Source: Octopus vulgaris
Lineage: Eukaryota
DNA: 64,000 nucleotides
Assembly (NCBI GenBank): GCA_951406725.2
Contig: OX597817.1
Location: 169,570,001-169,634,000 of the forward strand
Direction of reading: 5' to 3'
The position numbers and the translations under genes are program-made. Position 1 is the stretch's first letter. Each line of letters starts with the position of its first letter. The notes under the pieces were generated by a model. It searched no databases. It was not told where the DNA came from and worked only from the letters and a program-made list of their open reading frames with translations. Positions 1-10,928 of the stretch are shown here, one piece after another.

Positions 1-450
1 AATTCGACCCTACTCTAAGCTACTTTGAATGCGTGTGGCAACTTGAAGATCCACCCACCACATGCGATAGACTGGCGGTTGCACGGGCACAAAAGATATG
101 TTGTTATCCTCATTCTGTAAATGGTTGCTTTTAACGGGTGGAGAGCTGAACCATTCTGGGGTACAGAGGATTCGCAATCTAGACTAGGGTTTGAAAGTTT
201 ATCACACCATAGTGGGTTACACCATGGTTCCTCTGCTTTGTGGCAGAAGTAGGAAGAAAGAGTGAGAGAAAGTTGTGGGGAAAGAGTACAGTGGGGTTCG
301 CCCCTAACCAATCCCCCAACCCCCTCGCCAGAGACTCATGGAGCTTAGGTGTTTTTGCTCAATAAACACTCACAATGCCCGCTCTGGAAATCGAAACTGC
401 ATTCTTATGACCGCGAGTCAGCTGCCCTAACTACTGGGCCATTGCGCTTT
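1..450 (-). mobile_element. tRNA-derived SINE, head type H1 (possibly the octopus tRNA-Arg OR group)
   Basis: Minus strand starts GCGCAATGGCCCAGTAGTTAGGGCAGC..GACTCGCGGTC..GTTTCGATTTCC (A/B boxes); same head at 21941-22295 and 37330-37631. Confidence 0.7.
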
Positions 451-480
451 CATGTGCTGCTGTTGCTACAGTTGTCCCAG

Positions 481-810
481 AAGGCATGTGGCTTAGTGGT
501 TAGGGGTGTTCAGCTCATGACTGTAAAAATACAGGTCACGAGTTCAATTTCTGATGGCGTGCTGTGTCCTTGAGCAAGAGTCTTTATTTCATGTTGCTCC
601 AGTCAACTCACCTGGCAAAAATGAGTTGTACCTGTTATTCAAAGGGCCGACCTAGCCATGTTGTGTGTCATGCTGAATCTCCCTGAGAACTACATTAAGG
701 GTACACGTGTCTGTGGAGTACTCAGCCACTTGCATGTTAATTTCATGAGGAGGCTGTTCCATTGATCATACCAAATGGAACCCTTGTCATCGTAACCAAT
801 GAAGTGTCAG
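481..810 (+). mobile_element. tRNA-derived SINE, head type H2 with CORE-like CCTTGAGCAAG segment
   Basis: TGGCTTAGTGG A box, GAGTTCAATTTC B box; homologous over its full length to 37737-38052. Confidence 0.7.
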
Positions 811-1009
811 CTTGTTGCTGCATCTGATGATGCTTAATAGGGATAATGATGATGTAATCCAATGAACCTGGACAAGCCCCTTGCCTATTTATGCTTTCTC
901 AAATCGAATTATGATGAACAAGTTCAATCCTGCTTAAGGTAAAATACACATACTTGGAACATGATGAGGAACAAAGATTAAACACATATTTAGAGATGAT
1001 AAGTTAGAT

Positions 1010-1385
1010 ACTCTTTTACTTGTTTCAGTCATTTAACTGCGGCCAAGCTGGAGCACCGCCTTTAGTCGAGCAAATCGACCCCAGGACTTATTCTTTGTAA
1101 GCCTAGTACTTATTCTATTGGTCTCTTTCGTGAAACCGCTAAGTGACGGGGACGTAAACACACCAGCATCAGTTGTCAAGCGATGTTGGGGGGACAAACA
1201 CATATATACATATACATGTATACGACAGGCTTCTTTCAGTTTCTGTCTACCAAATCCACTCACAGGGCTTTGGTCAGCCCGAGGCTATAGTAGAAGACAC
1301 TTGCCCAAGGTGCCATGCAGTGGGACTGAACCCAGAACCATGTGGTTGGTAAGCAAGCTACTTACCACACAGCCACTCCTGCACT
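1010..1385 (-). mobile_element. SINE family A (tRNA head, internal TA/TG microsatellite, GTAAAAGA tail)
   Basis: Near full-length copy of the most abundant repeat (about 20 copies or fragments; further ones near 1486-1857, 2268-2610, 6272-6645, 7457-7620, 15640-15775, 19663-19985, 20740-21410, 29205-29548, 62775-63135). Confidence 0.85.
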
Positions 1386-2149
1386 TATAATACCGATGAC
1401 TTTGTGCTAACATATTTAATACTTTAGCACTTAAACCAGCCATATCAGGCCCAAATTCTTTTATTCTTTTACATGTTTCAGACATTTGACTACAACAATG
1501 CTGGAGCACCACCATAGAAGGTGTTTTAGTAGAAAAAATCAACCCCAGGACTTATTCTTTGTAAGCTTAGTACTTATTCTATCAGTCTCTTTTGCCAAAC
1601 CACTAAGTTACAGGTACGAAACCACACCAGCATCAGTTGTCAAGAGATGGTGGGGGAACAAACACAGACACAACAACACACACACATGCACACACATGTA
1701 TATATATGATGGGATTCTTTCAGTTTCTGTCTACCAAATCCACTCAGACGGCTTTGGTCAGCTTGGGGCTATAATAGGAGACACTTGCTCAAGGTGCTAT
1801 GCAGTGAGACTGAACCTTGAACCATGTGGTGGGGAAGCGAGCCTCTTACCACACAGCCAACCAGCTAGTTCCAGTATCTTACATCTATCCTATTTTGTTA
1901 TTCTATAAATAAACAATCACATCATCAAAATCTAGAAGCTATGAGATAATGCATGATTAATTCAAAACAGTATGAATAAATAAGCATTATACTTGACAGA
2001 GTAATCTGAATGCTAAAGCATTAATACAGTGATTATGGAAAAGCTAATTAAAAGTAATTAAGCTCTGAGGACAATACAACAATTAAATGTTTACTCATGT
2101 ACAATATGGCACATCCATTTACAAATTTTCTCTTCTCTGTTTTTGTAAA

Positions 2150-2860
2150 TATGGCGAAGTCTCTGGTTTGCTGAAGATATCTAATAAGATCAAAACATGT
2201 TCAGAGTTGTCTCCCCTTATCTGAATAATTAAAACGTTAGCTATTCATAGTTGTGTGGTAAGAAGTTTTCTTCACAACTACATAGTTCTGGTTTCAGTCC
2301 CAGTGCATAGCATCTTAGACAAATTTCTTCTAGTATAGCCCCAAGCAAACAAAGGGCTTCTACATGGATTTTGTCAACAGAAACTGAAAAAAGCATGTTG
2401 TGTGCATGTGTGTGTTGTGTTGACAACTGATGTTGGTTTGTCAATGTCCCGATAACATAGTGGTTTGGCAAAAAGTAACTGATAGAATAAGCACCAAACT
2501 TAGAAAACAAAATAAATGTAATGTGGGGTGGGTTTCTTTGATAAAACCCATCAAAGTAATGCCCCAGCATGGCCATGGTCCAATTGACTGAAACTAGTAA
2601 GACAGATAAGATATATCTTGTATGTATATCTACTTAGTATTATATTTATTTTAGTAAATGCAGTGAAGTCGTTTCTTTGCTGATGGTGTCTAATAAGACC
2701 AAAACATGTCCAGAGTTGTCTCCCCTTGCTTAAATATTTAAAATTCTAGCCATTGAACTAATGCTTTTCTTTTTAAAGTTCTTTGCATTAAAAAGGTTAA
2801 CATCAATTTAATTATTTCTTTTCATGCCGAATACATCTCAAAGTAATTTCCATAAGTGAT
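2150..2860 (+). repeat. Two degenerate copies of hammerhead-bearing repeat family F, separated by a family A SINE
   Basis: CTGAAGATATCTAATAAGATCAAAACATGTTCAGAGTTGTCTCCCC (2171) and CTGATGGTGTCTAATAAGACCAAAACATGTCCAGAGTTGTCTCCCC (2680) align with 27131 and the intact motif at 43771. Confidence 0.6.
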
Positions 2861-3233
2861 TTATATTTTGAATTGGATATACAGCTATGGAATTACATTT
2901 CCATAATTGATAAAGAACCAATGGAAATTAGAAAAATAAAAATACATATAGCATTTGCTGCTAACCCAGTAAATAAGTCCATCATTAACTTAATATGGCT
3001 GTCTTTAGCGAAAGATAAATTTAAATCATCCACTAATGTAACAATAATTGTACAAACATGAGAGAACTAATGGACAAAACTGCTAGAAGGAATGGTTTTA
3101 GTTTTACTTATAAAAGTTCTTTGTTAGAATTTATGTCGGAATCCATACTAGATGTGTATTATGCTGGGACACATTTAAGATCATGCCTTCACCATTCAGA
3201 TTACTCTGTCAAATATAATGCTTATTTAATCAG

Positions 3234-3719
3234 GGCTATACAGCGGTGGTGTACCCCCCCTACTGTCACGTTCGTGTTAGATTGACAGAATACAACCATT
3301 CTATCGCCCCACCACCGTACATGTCTCTACGAGAGATTTAGAAATTCAGTATTTCCTATTTTGATAATCAGTGAATAGACTTCACTGAATTATAGATATA
3401 TACAATACGAAGTCGAGACAAATATCGCCAGCTGACCGGTGTCTGCTACTCTAGGCCGATGAAGGACAATGATCCTGAAACACGTGTCCCTAGATGCAGC
3501 TTCGGCGGCCGGGGGTGTTTGTCTCCCCTTCGTGAATGTATATAAGGACACAGGGAAAAATGTGTCAAAGCCATCAGGAGGCGTTCGATGCTTCCTAGGG
3601 CTATACAGTGGTGGTGTACCCCCCTACTGTCACGTTCGTGTTAGATTGACAGTATACAACCATTCTATCGCCCCACCACCGTACATGTCTCTACGAGAGA
3701 TTTAGAAATTCAGTATTTC
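3234..3719 (+). mobile_element. Retrozyme-like / Penelope pLTR-like insertion: about 1.3 copies of a 365-bp unit with hammerhead motif
   Basis: Direct repeats 3232-3355 and 3597-3719; flanking duplication TTAATCAG at 3226-3233 and 3720-3727; hammerhead motif at 3450-3494. Confidence 0.7.
3450..3494 (+). ncRNA. Minimal type-I hammerhead ribozyme motif (U4C core variant)
   Basis: TCTAGG-CCGATGA-AGGA caatga TCCT-GAAA-CACGTG-TC-CCTAGA: 6-bp stem I, 4-bp stem II, palindromic stem III, GUC site. Confidence 0.7.
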
Positions 3720-3757
3720 TTAATCAGATCGTTTTGTATTAATCATGCATGATCCGT

Positions 3758-4016
3758 AGGCGTAGGAGTGGTTAAGTAGCTTGCTTACCAACCAAATGGT
3801 TCCGGGTTCAGTCCCACTGCGTGGCACCTTGGGCAAATGTCTTCTACTGTAGCCTCGGGCCGACCAAAGCCTTGTCTTTGTAAGCCTAGTACTTATTCTA
3901 TCGGTCTCTTTGCCGAACTGCTAAGTTACGGGGATGTAAACACACCAGCATCAGTTGTCAAATGATGTTGGGGGGACAAACACAGACATGCAAACATACA
4001 CACACACCCACACACA

Positions 4017-4055
<39 letters not shown>

Positions 4056-4233
4056 ACATATATATATATATACGACGGGCTTCTTTCAGTTTCCATCTAC
4101 CAAATCCACTCACAAGGCTTTGGTCAGCCCGAGGCTATAGTAGAAGACACTTGCCCAAGGTAACACGCAGCGGGACTGAAACCAGAACCATAAAGTTGGT
4201 AAGCAAGCTACTTACCACACAGCCACTCCTACG
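3758..4233. mobile_element. Family A SINE fold-back (plus-strand head 3758-3875 fused to minus-strand copy 3876-4233)
   Basis: Both ends carry the family A head in opposite orientation. Confidence 0.75.
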
Positions 4234-4616
4234 TATTGGTTATGTTTTTATCATAGAGCTGCTTCTAATTCAAATTCATTCTGCTTATGCAGCACCGTTG
4301 CAAACCAGAAGATAATTTATATTTTAGTTGTATGTACTTCTGGCCAGTCGATTCAATTTTGTTTTAGTTTAGAAGTGAGAAGAGTGTGTGATATTGAATA
4401 TCCACAACCACAGCAAAATACATATCTGTCACTCTTGGTATCACCTTCAGGCAATTTTGTTTCACCTAACTCTGAAGTATATCGAGTTTTTTTTTTTTAA
4501 CATTATTTGTGTTTAAATGGATTTTTCCCAGACAAAAATGACACAACTTCTGGCATTTAAACAGTATACATACTTGCATATGCATATACATACACACACA
4601 TACACACACACACACA

Positions 4617-4660
<44 letters not shown>

Positions 4661-5351
4661 TACATACATACATACATACATTCACATACATACATACACA
4701 CACACACACATACATACATACATATATACATACATACATACATATATGCATACATATATATACATACATATATACATACATATCACCCACTACACTCACG
4801 GAGTGGTTGGCATTAGGAAGGGCATCCAGCTGTAAAAACATTGCCAGATAAGACTGGAGCCTGGTGCAGCCTTCTGGCTTCCCAGATCCCCGGTCGAACC
4901 GTCCAACCCATGCTAGCATGGAGAACGGACGTTAAACGATGATGATGATGATGATGATATACATACATACACACTAATGCACACACACACACATACACAT
5001 ACACACATATGTGTATACTTATTTATGTATGTATACAGATTACATACAGACAGATTTCAGTCAGGTGATCATAATAGCCTACAATAAGGAAGCACTCAAT
5101 GTTACACAAAGTAAGGATATTTAGTGTTTATTGTTGTCTATAAGAAGACAATAAATACACACTCTCACACACACGATAGGCTATTATTTGTTTCTGTTTA
5201 CCAAATCTTTAGTCATCAAGGGCTATAAAAAAAGATACCCAATATGGCATGCAGTAGGACTGAACCTGAAATCATGTGGCTGAGAAGCGAATTTCTGAAC
5301 CACACAACCATGACTGTGCCTTTAAAACAATAGGTCTCACCTATAAATATG

Positions 5352-5390
<39 letters not shown>

Positions 5391-5650
5391 ATGTAGTGAG
5401 TTGGAGAATTGAAACTGCTTTAGCTCAGTAATAAGATATCGGCCACAGCATATCAGGCAATATCAGCCTAATTGTCAGCCAATGATACTTCAGCTGCGAT
5501 CATTCAATTGCATGAGTTTGAATGGAATATTCCATGACTTCCTGCCAAATCCTGGCTACAAATCAAGTTGTGTGTCACAATCAAAAGAGAGAGGCACCAG
5601 CGATCTGTACGAAGCCAGATTTCTTGGTTACTGCTTGACCTGGGGGTCAC

Positions 5651-6110
5651 TCTTTTACTCTTTTGCTTGTTTCGGTCATTTGACTGCGGCCATGCTGGAG
5701 CACCGCCTTTAGTCGAGCAAATCGACCCCGGGACTTATTCTTTTGTAAGCCCAGTACTTATTCTATCGGTCTCTTTTGCCGAACCACTAAGTAACGGGGA
5801 CATAAATACACCAGCATCAGTTGTCAAGCAATGCTAGGGGGTCAAACACAGACACACAAACACACACACGCATACATATATATATATATATATATATAAA
5901 GTTAATCCAAACAAGAAAACACAGAAAAAAAGAGAAAAAAACACAGCAACGCAGGACGTGGAACAATTAAAGTATTATTGACGCTCAGGAAAGAAGGGAA
6001 GGAGGGTTTAACGTTTCAAGCGGAGCTCTTCGTCGGAAACAAGGAGAAGGAAAGATCCCAAGGAGGGAAGACAGAGGAGAAAATATTTGAGCTGGTGGTG
6101 CTCAAGAGAT

Positions 6111-6150
<40 letters not shown>

Positions 6151-6240
6151 TACGACAGGTTTCTTTCAGTTTCCGTCTACCAAATCCACTCACAATGTGG
6201 TTGGTAAACAAGCTACTTACTACACAGCCACTCCTGCGTC
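5651..6240 (-). mobile_element. Family A SINE with a nested family G insertion in its TA microsatellite
   Basis: SINE tail/body 5651-5896 and head 6114-6240 interrupted by 5897-6113. Confidence 0.8.
5897..6113 (-). mobile_element. Family G: short (TA)n-embedded Penelope-like repeat with minimal hammerhead motif (6006-6040)
   Basis: Reverse complement of 42121-42325; GTTT-CCGACGA-A-GAGC tcc GCTT-GAAA-CG-TT-AAAC; TA runs on both sides. Confidence 0.65.
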
Positions 6241-6661
6241 TAAACGGGTTAAACGGAACCTTTTGTTTTTTTGTGTGTGTTCCAGTCATTAGACTGCTCT
6301 CCTACTGGAGCATTGCCTTAAAGAATCTTAGTTCAATGAATCAACCCCAGTACTTATTTCTTTAAGCCGTGTTTGATTCTATTGATCTCTTTTGCCAAAC
6401 TGCTAAGTAATGGGGTTGTAAAAAAACCAACACCAGTTGTAAAGTGGCAGCAGGAGACAAACTCAGGCACAAAGACACCTCACACACATATATACACATA
6501 CACAGCAGGTTTCTTACAGTTTCCATCTTCCAAATCCACTCACAAGGCTTTGGTTGGCCAAGGCCAACCAAAGACACTTATAGAAGACACTTGCCCAAAG
6601 TTCCACACAGTGGGATTGAACCTGGAACTGTGTGGTTGGGAAGCTGACCCCTTGGAACATG

Positions 6662-7035
6662 TCCTTAAATCCTTAAATCCTTAAAAATGTTTCAGCCCAA
6701 AAGCTGCGGCCATGCTGGGGCACCACCGTTGAATGAGCCACACTAGCATGTGAAACCACCTCTGATACGTGGCACTTGGTCAACAAGGGAGTTCGACGCC
6801 GCTGCCCGCATCTGTGTTTCCTGCCGAGAAGTAGGTTCATCTGGAACCCCTGACAAGAAGAGATCCAGTTTAGTTTTAAAGAAACCCACATCCACACCAT
6901 GCAGGTCTCTCAGGCATTTAGGAAGGATATTGAAGAGCTGTGGTCCCCTGAAACCCAAGCTGTTGCAATATCTGGTCCTGTATTTTGATGGTGATGTTGG
7001 GATATTTGGCACCATGCAGTGGTGCCCCGTGTGTA
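6662..7035 (-). mobile_element. 3' end of a CR1-group LINE (ORF2 C-terminus, 3' UTR, (TTTAAGGA)n tail)
   Basis: ORF 6743-7015: NSLGFRGPQLFNILPKCLRDL..FFKTKLDLFLSGVPDEP..AASNSLVDQ, typical of CR1-group ORF2 ends; 8-nt tandem tail at 6662-6686. Confidence 0.8.
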
Positions 7036-7920
7036 TATGAAAAGATTATGAACATGCTCATGATATAGTTAGTTAAATGTGATATTGTATATTTGAAACA
7101 GCCCACAATTCTAACCATTTTAAATCTTGATATATCTAAGTGTTTATGCTATAAACCTCTTTAAAACTCTGGCAAGATTTCAAACAGTTGTGGAAAAAAT
7201 TGATTTTGATGTAATATTCTATGTTTGAAAATAAATATTGTATGACAAATAAAGCAGTAGGGTTAACCATTCTGTCAGTTTTCTCTGTTGATTGATTACA
7301 AATCAATAATTGATCCAGAAACATAAGAGAGAAAAAGTAGAAATAAGCTGCAATGAGTTTCAGCCTGTGATTCAATTTCTCTTCCTGATTGGAATTATTA
7401 TATTTCAGATTTTGTTAAGTGAAAAAAAAAAAAAAGAAAAAGAAAAGAATGTCAGAGCAGGTGTGTCTATGTGGTTATGAAGATGGCTTGCTAACCAAGA
7501 GGTCTTGGGTTCAGTCTCACTGTACTGCACCTTGGGCAAATGTCTTCTACCATAGCCTCAGGTCATCCAAAGCCTTGTGGGTGGATTTGGTAGATGGAAA
7601 TTGAAAAAAGCCTATCATGCATGAGTGTGTGTGTGTGTGTGTATACATGTATATGTATGTGTGTATATATGTGTATATGTATGTGTGTATATATACATGC
7701 ATATGTACGTATGTCTATATATACATGTATATGTATGTATGTGTATAGATATGGATATGTAAGTGTGTGTGTGTGTGTGTGTGTGTTCGTATCTCCTTGT
7801 TTTGGTGTTGGTGGTGATGCTTGCTTTGAAGAGAGACTTGTATGTATCATTTTACTTTCAGCAGTACAAACACTTGTACATACATTAATGCATACATGCT
7901 TTAACTTACAACATATATAT

Positions 7921-7993
<73 letters not shown>

Positions 7994-8044
7994 TAGATAG
8001 ATAGATAGATAAGAAAGTTGGTTTGTGAAAGCATGTGGGTGAAT

Positions 8045-8285
8045 ATATAGAAAATAGTAAAGAGTGAAAAAACTACAGAGGGCTTAAATGTTAATATATA
8101 TATATATTTGCGTCAATATTTCTGAAGAATATTACAAAATTAAAAAAAAATTTTTTTTTCTCTTATAATGACATTTAAAAAAAAATTTTGTAATATTCTT
8201 CAGACATATTGACGCAAATATATATATATATATTAACATTTAAGCCCTCTGTAGTTTTTCACTCTTTACTATTTTCTATATATAT
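8045..8285. repeat. Inverted repeat (arms about 100 bp) within TA-rich context
   Basis: ATAGAAAATAGTAAAGAGTG...GAATATTACAAAATT is the reverse complement of AATTTTGTAATATTC...CACTCTTTACTATTTTCTAT. Confidence 0.85.
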
Positions 8286-8673
8286 ATATATATATGTTGG
8301 CCTGCTTGCTTAGCCAGTGGGGTAGCATCATTGGAAGGCTAAAACAATGTGAAGCGCATTGTGACCAGCGATGTGTAACAGCATCTGATAGCCTGGTCGG
8401 TCACAGTGATATATATATATATATGTGTGTGTGTCTATAAATATATTCTTATACAGACATATTCTTATATATCATAGTATGATTGTATACTGAGCGTTTA
8501 TGTATATTAAGGAATATCTCTTTGCATAACATAGTGTTTCTGTATGCAAAGTATGTCTGTTTGCTTTCTTCCATACATAATTTATGTCTATTCTATAAAA
8601 CATGGTGTATATCTCTATACATCACTGTAACCACCCCACCCCACCATCACTACCACCTCAACCACCACCACTA

Positions 8674-9090
8674 CCTATTTTTTTACTACCCACAAGGGGC
8701 TAAACACAAAGGGGACAAACAAGGTCAGACAAACGGATTAAGTCGATTACATCGACCCCAGTGCATAACTGGTACTTATTTAATCGAACCCGAAAGAATG
8801 AAAGACAAAGTCGACCTCGGCGGAATTTGAACTCAGAACGTAGCGGCAGACGAAATACCTATTTCTTTATTACCCACAAGGGGCTAAACATAGAGGGGAC
8901 AAACAAGGACAGACATAGGTATTAAGTCGATTACATCGACCCCAGTGCGTAACTGGTACTTAATTTATCTACCCCGAAAGAATGAAAGACAAAGTCAACC
9001 TCGGCGGAATTTGAACTCAGAACGTAGCGGCAGACGAAATACCGCTAAGCATTTCGCCTGATGTGCTAATGATTCTGCCAGCTCACCGCC
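8674..9090 (-). mobile_element. SINE family C, partial tandem dimer
   Basis: GGCGG(T/C)GAGCTGGCAGAA head, GAGTTCAAATTCC B box, CTTTCATCCTTTCGGGGTCGATAAAT..AAGTACCAG central domain (resembles the Meta-type SINE domain, from recollection). Monomers at about 20010-20242, 28773-29010, 38054-38287; degenerate copies at 23005, 44388, 50933, 60370-61040. Confidence 0.8.
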
Positions 9091-9399
9091 ATCAGCATCA
9101 TCATCATCATCATCATCATCACTTTTCCAAGCTTGAATGGATCAGAAAGAATTTGCTGTGACAGACTTCCCCCAAGACTGATTCCCTTCTTGTCACTAAA
9201 CCCTCACTGGTTTCCCTGCCAGGTAGTGTTTCCCCATGGCCAGATATGATTTCATGAAAGACTGGAAATGAAGGAAACTACCTGTACGGTGGTAGCATTT
9301 GCTTACAATTATCACACAAACTCAAGACAAGGTGTTACAAACACATACACACATAAGTACCCCACACACACATACACATATACAGAGGCATATACTTAT

Positions 9400-9414
9400 A
9401 TCATCATCATCATC

Positions 9415-9457
<43 letters not shown>

Positions 9458-9497
9458 TACCATCATCATCATCATCATCACCACCATCATCATCATC

Positions 9498-9549
<52 letters not shown>

Positions 9550-9581
9550 CCACCACCACCACCACCACCATCATCATCATC

Positions 9582-9614
<33 letters not shown>

Positions 9615-9657
9615 CCATCACCACCACCACCACCACCACCACCACCACTACCACCAC

Positions 9658-9716
<59 letters not shown>

Positions 9717-9753
9717 CCATCACCACCACCACCACCACCACCACCACTACCAC

Positions 9754-9800
<47 letters not shown>
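9400..9800. repeat. (CAT)n/(CAC)n compound microsatellite, expanded tail of a minus-strand family D element
   Basis: Pure triplet runs abutting TTTAACATCC..CATGCTGGCATGGGTTGGAC at 9801. Confidence 0.95.
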
Positions 9801-9801
<1 letters not shown>

Positions 9802-10412
9802 TTAACATCCATTGTCCATGCTGGCATGGGTTGGACAGTTTGACCAGGGCTTGTAAGCTGAGGGGCTGCACCAGAGTTCAGTCTGATTTGGCATGGTTTT
9901 CTACAGCTGGATGCCTTTCCTAACACCAACCACTCCGTGGGTGTAATGGGTGCTTTTACATGCCACGGGCATGGATGCCAGTTGCATGACACCAGTGTCT
10001 GTCATGATTATGATTTCACTTGGCTTGATGGGTCTTCTTCTCAAGCACAGCATAAGGCCAAAGGTCTCAGTCATTTGTCATTGCCTCCATGAGGCCCAAT
10101 GCTCAAAAGGTGCTTTTTACATGCAACCAGCATGGTTGCTAGTTATGTGACACTGGCTTTAACCACATTGCTTCTGTGAGGCCCAACACTCCACACACAC
10201 ACACATACAGGCTTCTTTCAGTATCCATCTACCAAATTCATTCATGAGGCTTTGGCCAGCCTGGAAAAGTAGCAAAAAACACTTGCCCAAGATGTCTGTC
10301 ACACAGTGGAATTGAAACTGAAATCGCATGGTTGGGAAGCAAACTTCATCACACAGCCATACCTGCACCTATAAATAAAGTGACATTTTATATCATTCAT
10401 ATTTAAGGTCAT

Positions 10413-10928
10413 CTGCCAGCCTCGTCTGGCACCTGTGTTGGTGGCACATAAAAAACACCATCCGAGCGTGGCCATTCGCCATCCTCGTCTGGCACCTGTG
10501 TCGGTGGCACATAAAAAAACACCATCCGAGCGTGGCCGTCTGCCAGCCTCGTCTGGCACCTGTGTTGGTGGCACATAAAAAACACCATCCGATCGTGGCC
10601 ATTCGCCATCCTCGTCTGGCACCTGTGTCGGTGGCACATAAAAAAACACCATCCGAGCGTGGCCGTCTGCCATCCTCGTCTGGCACCTGTGTCGGTGGCA
10701 CATAAAAAAACACCATCCGAGCGTGGCCGTCTGCCAGCCTCGTCTGGCACCTGTGTCGGTGGCACATAAAATCACCCACTACACTCTTGGAGTGGTTGGC
10801 GTTAGGAAGGGCATCCAGCTGTAGAAACCCTGCCAGATCTGACTGGCCTGGTGCAGCCTTCGGGCTTGCCAGACCCCAGTTGAACTGTCCAACCCATGCT
10901 AGCATGGAAAGCGGACGTTAAACGATGA
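10413..10928 (+). mobile_element. Repeat family D (SINE-like, (GAT)n tail) with about 5.6 internal 63-64-bp tandem units
   Basis: The unit motif CCTCGTCTGGCAC recurs at 10420, 10483, 10547, 10610, 10674, 10738, then GGTTGGCGTTAGGAAGGGCATCCAGCTGTAGAAA..GGACGTTAAACGATG. Other copies: 4782-4957, 13942-14293, 27715-28175, 32312-32570, 36157-36534, 63154-63490. Confidence 0.85.

Noticed and set aside
1118-1390. Recurrent ORFs with LPNPLTRLWSARGYSRRHLPKVP
   Set aside because: Antisense translations of SINE family A, not a protein family.
9268-9871. Poly-His/Ser/Asp ORFs
   Set aside because: (CAT)n/(CAC)n microsatellite; the same applies to poly-Ile/Tyr ORFs at 23140, 35011, 40606 and the (TA)n YIYI ORFs.
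10299-10905. Repeat-protein-like ORFs or a CRISPR-like array
   Set aside because: Contiguous 63-64-bp tandem units with no unique spacers, inside a SINE-like repeat in a eukaryotic intron.
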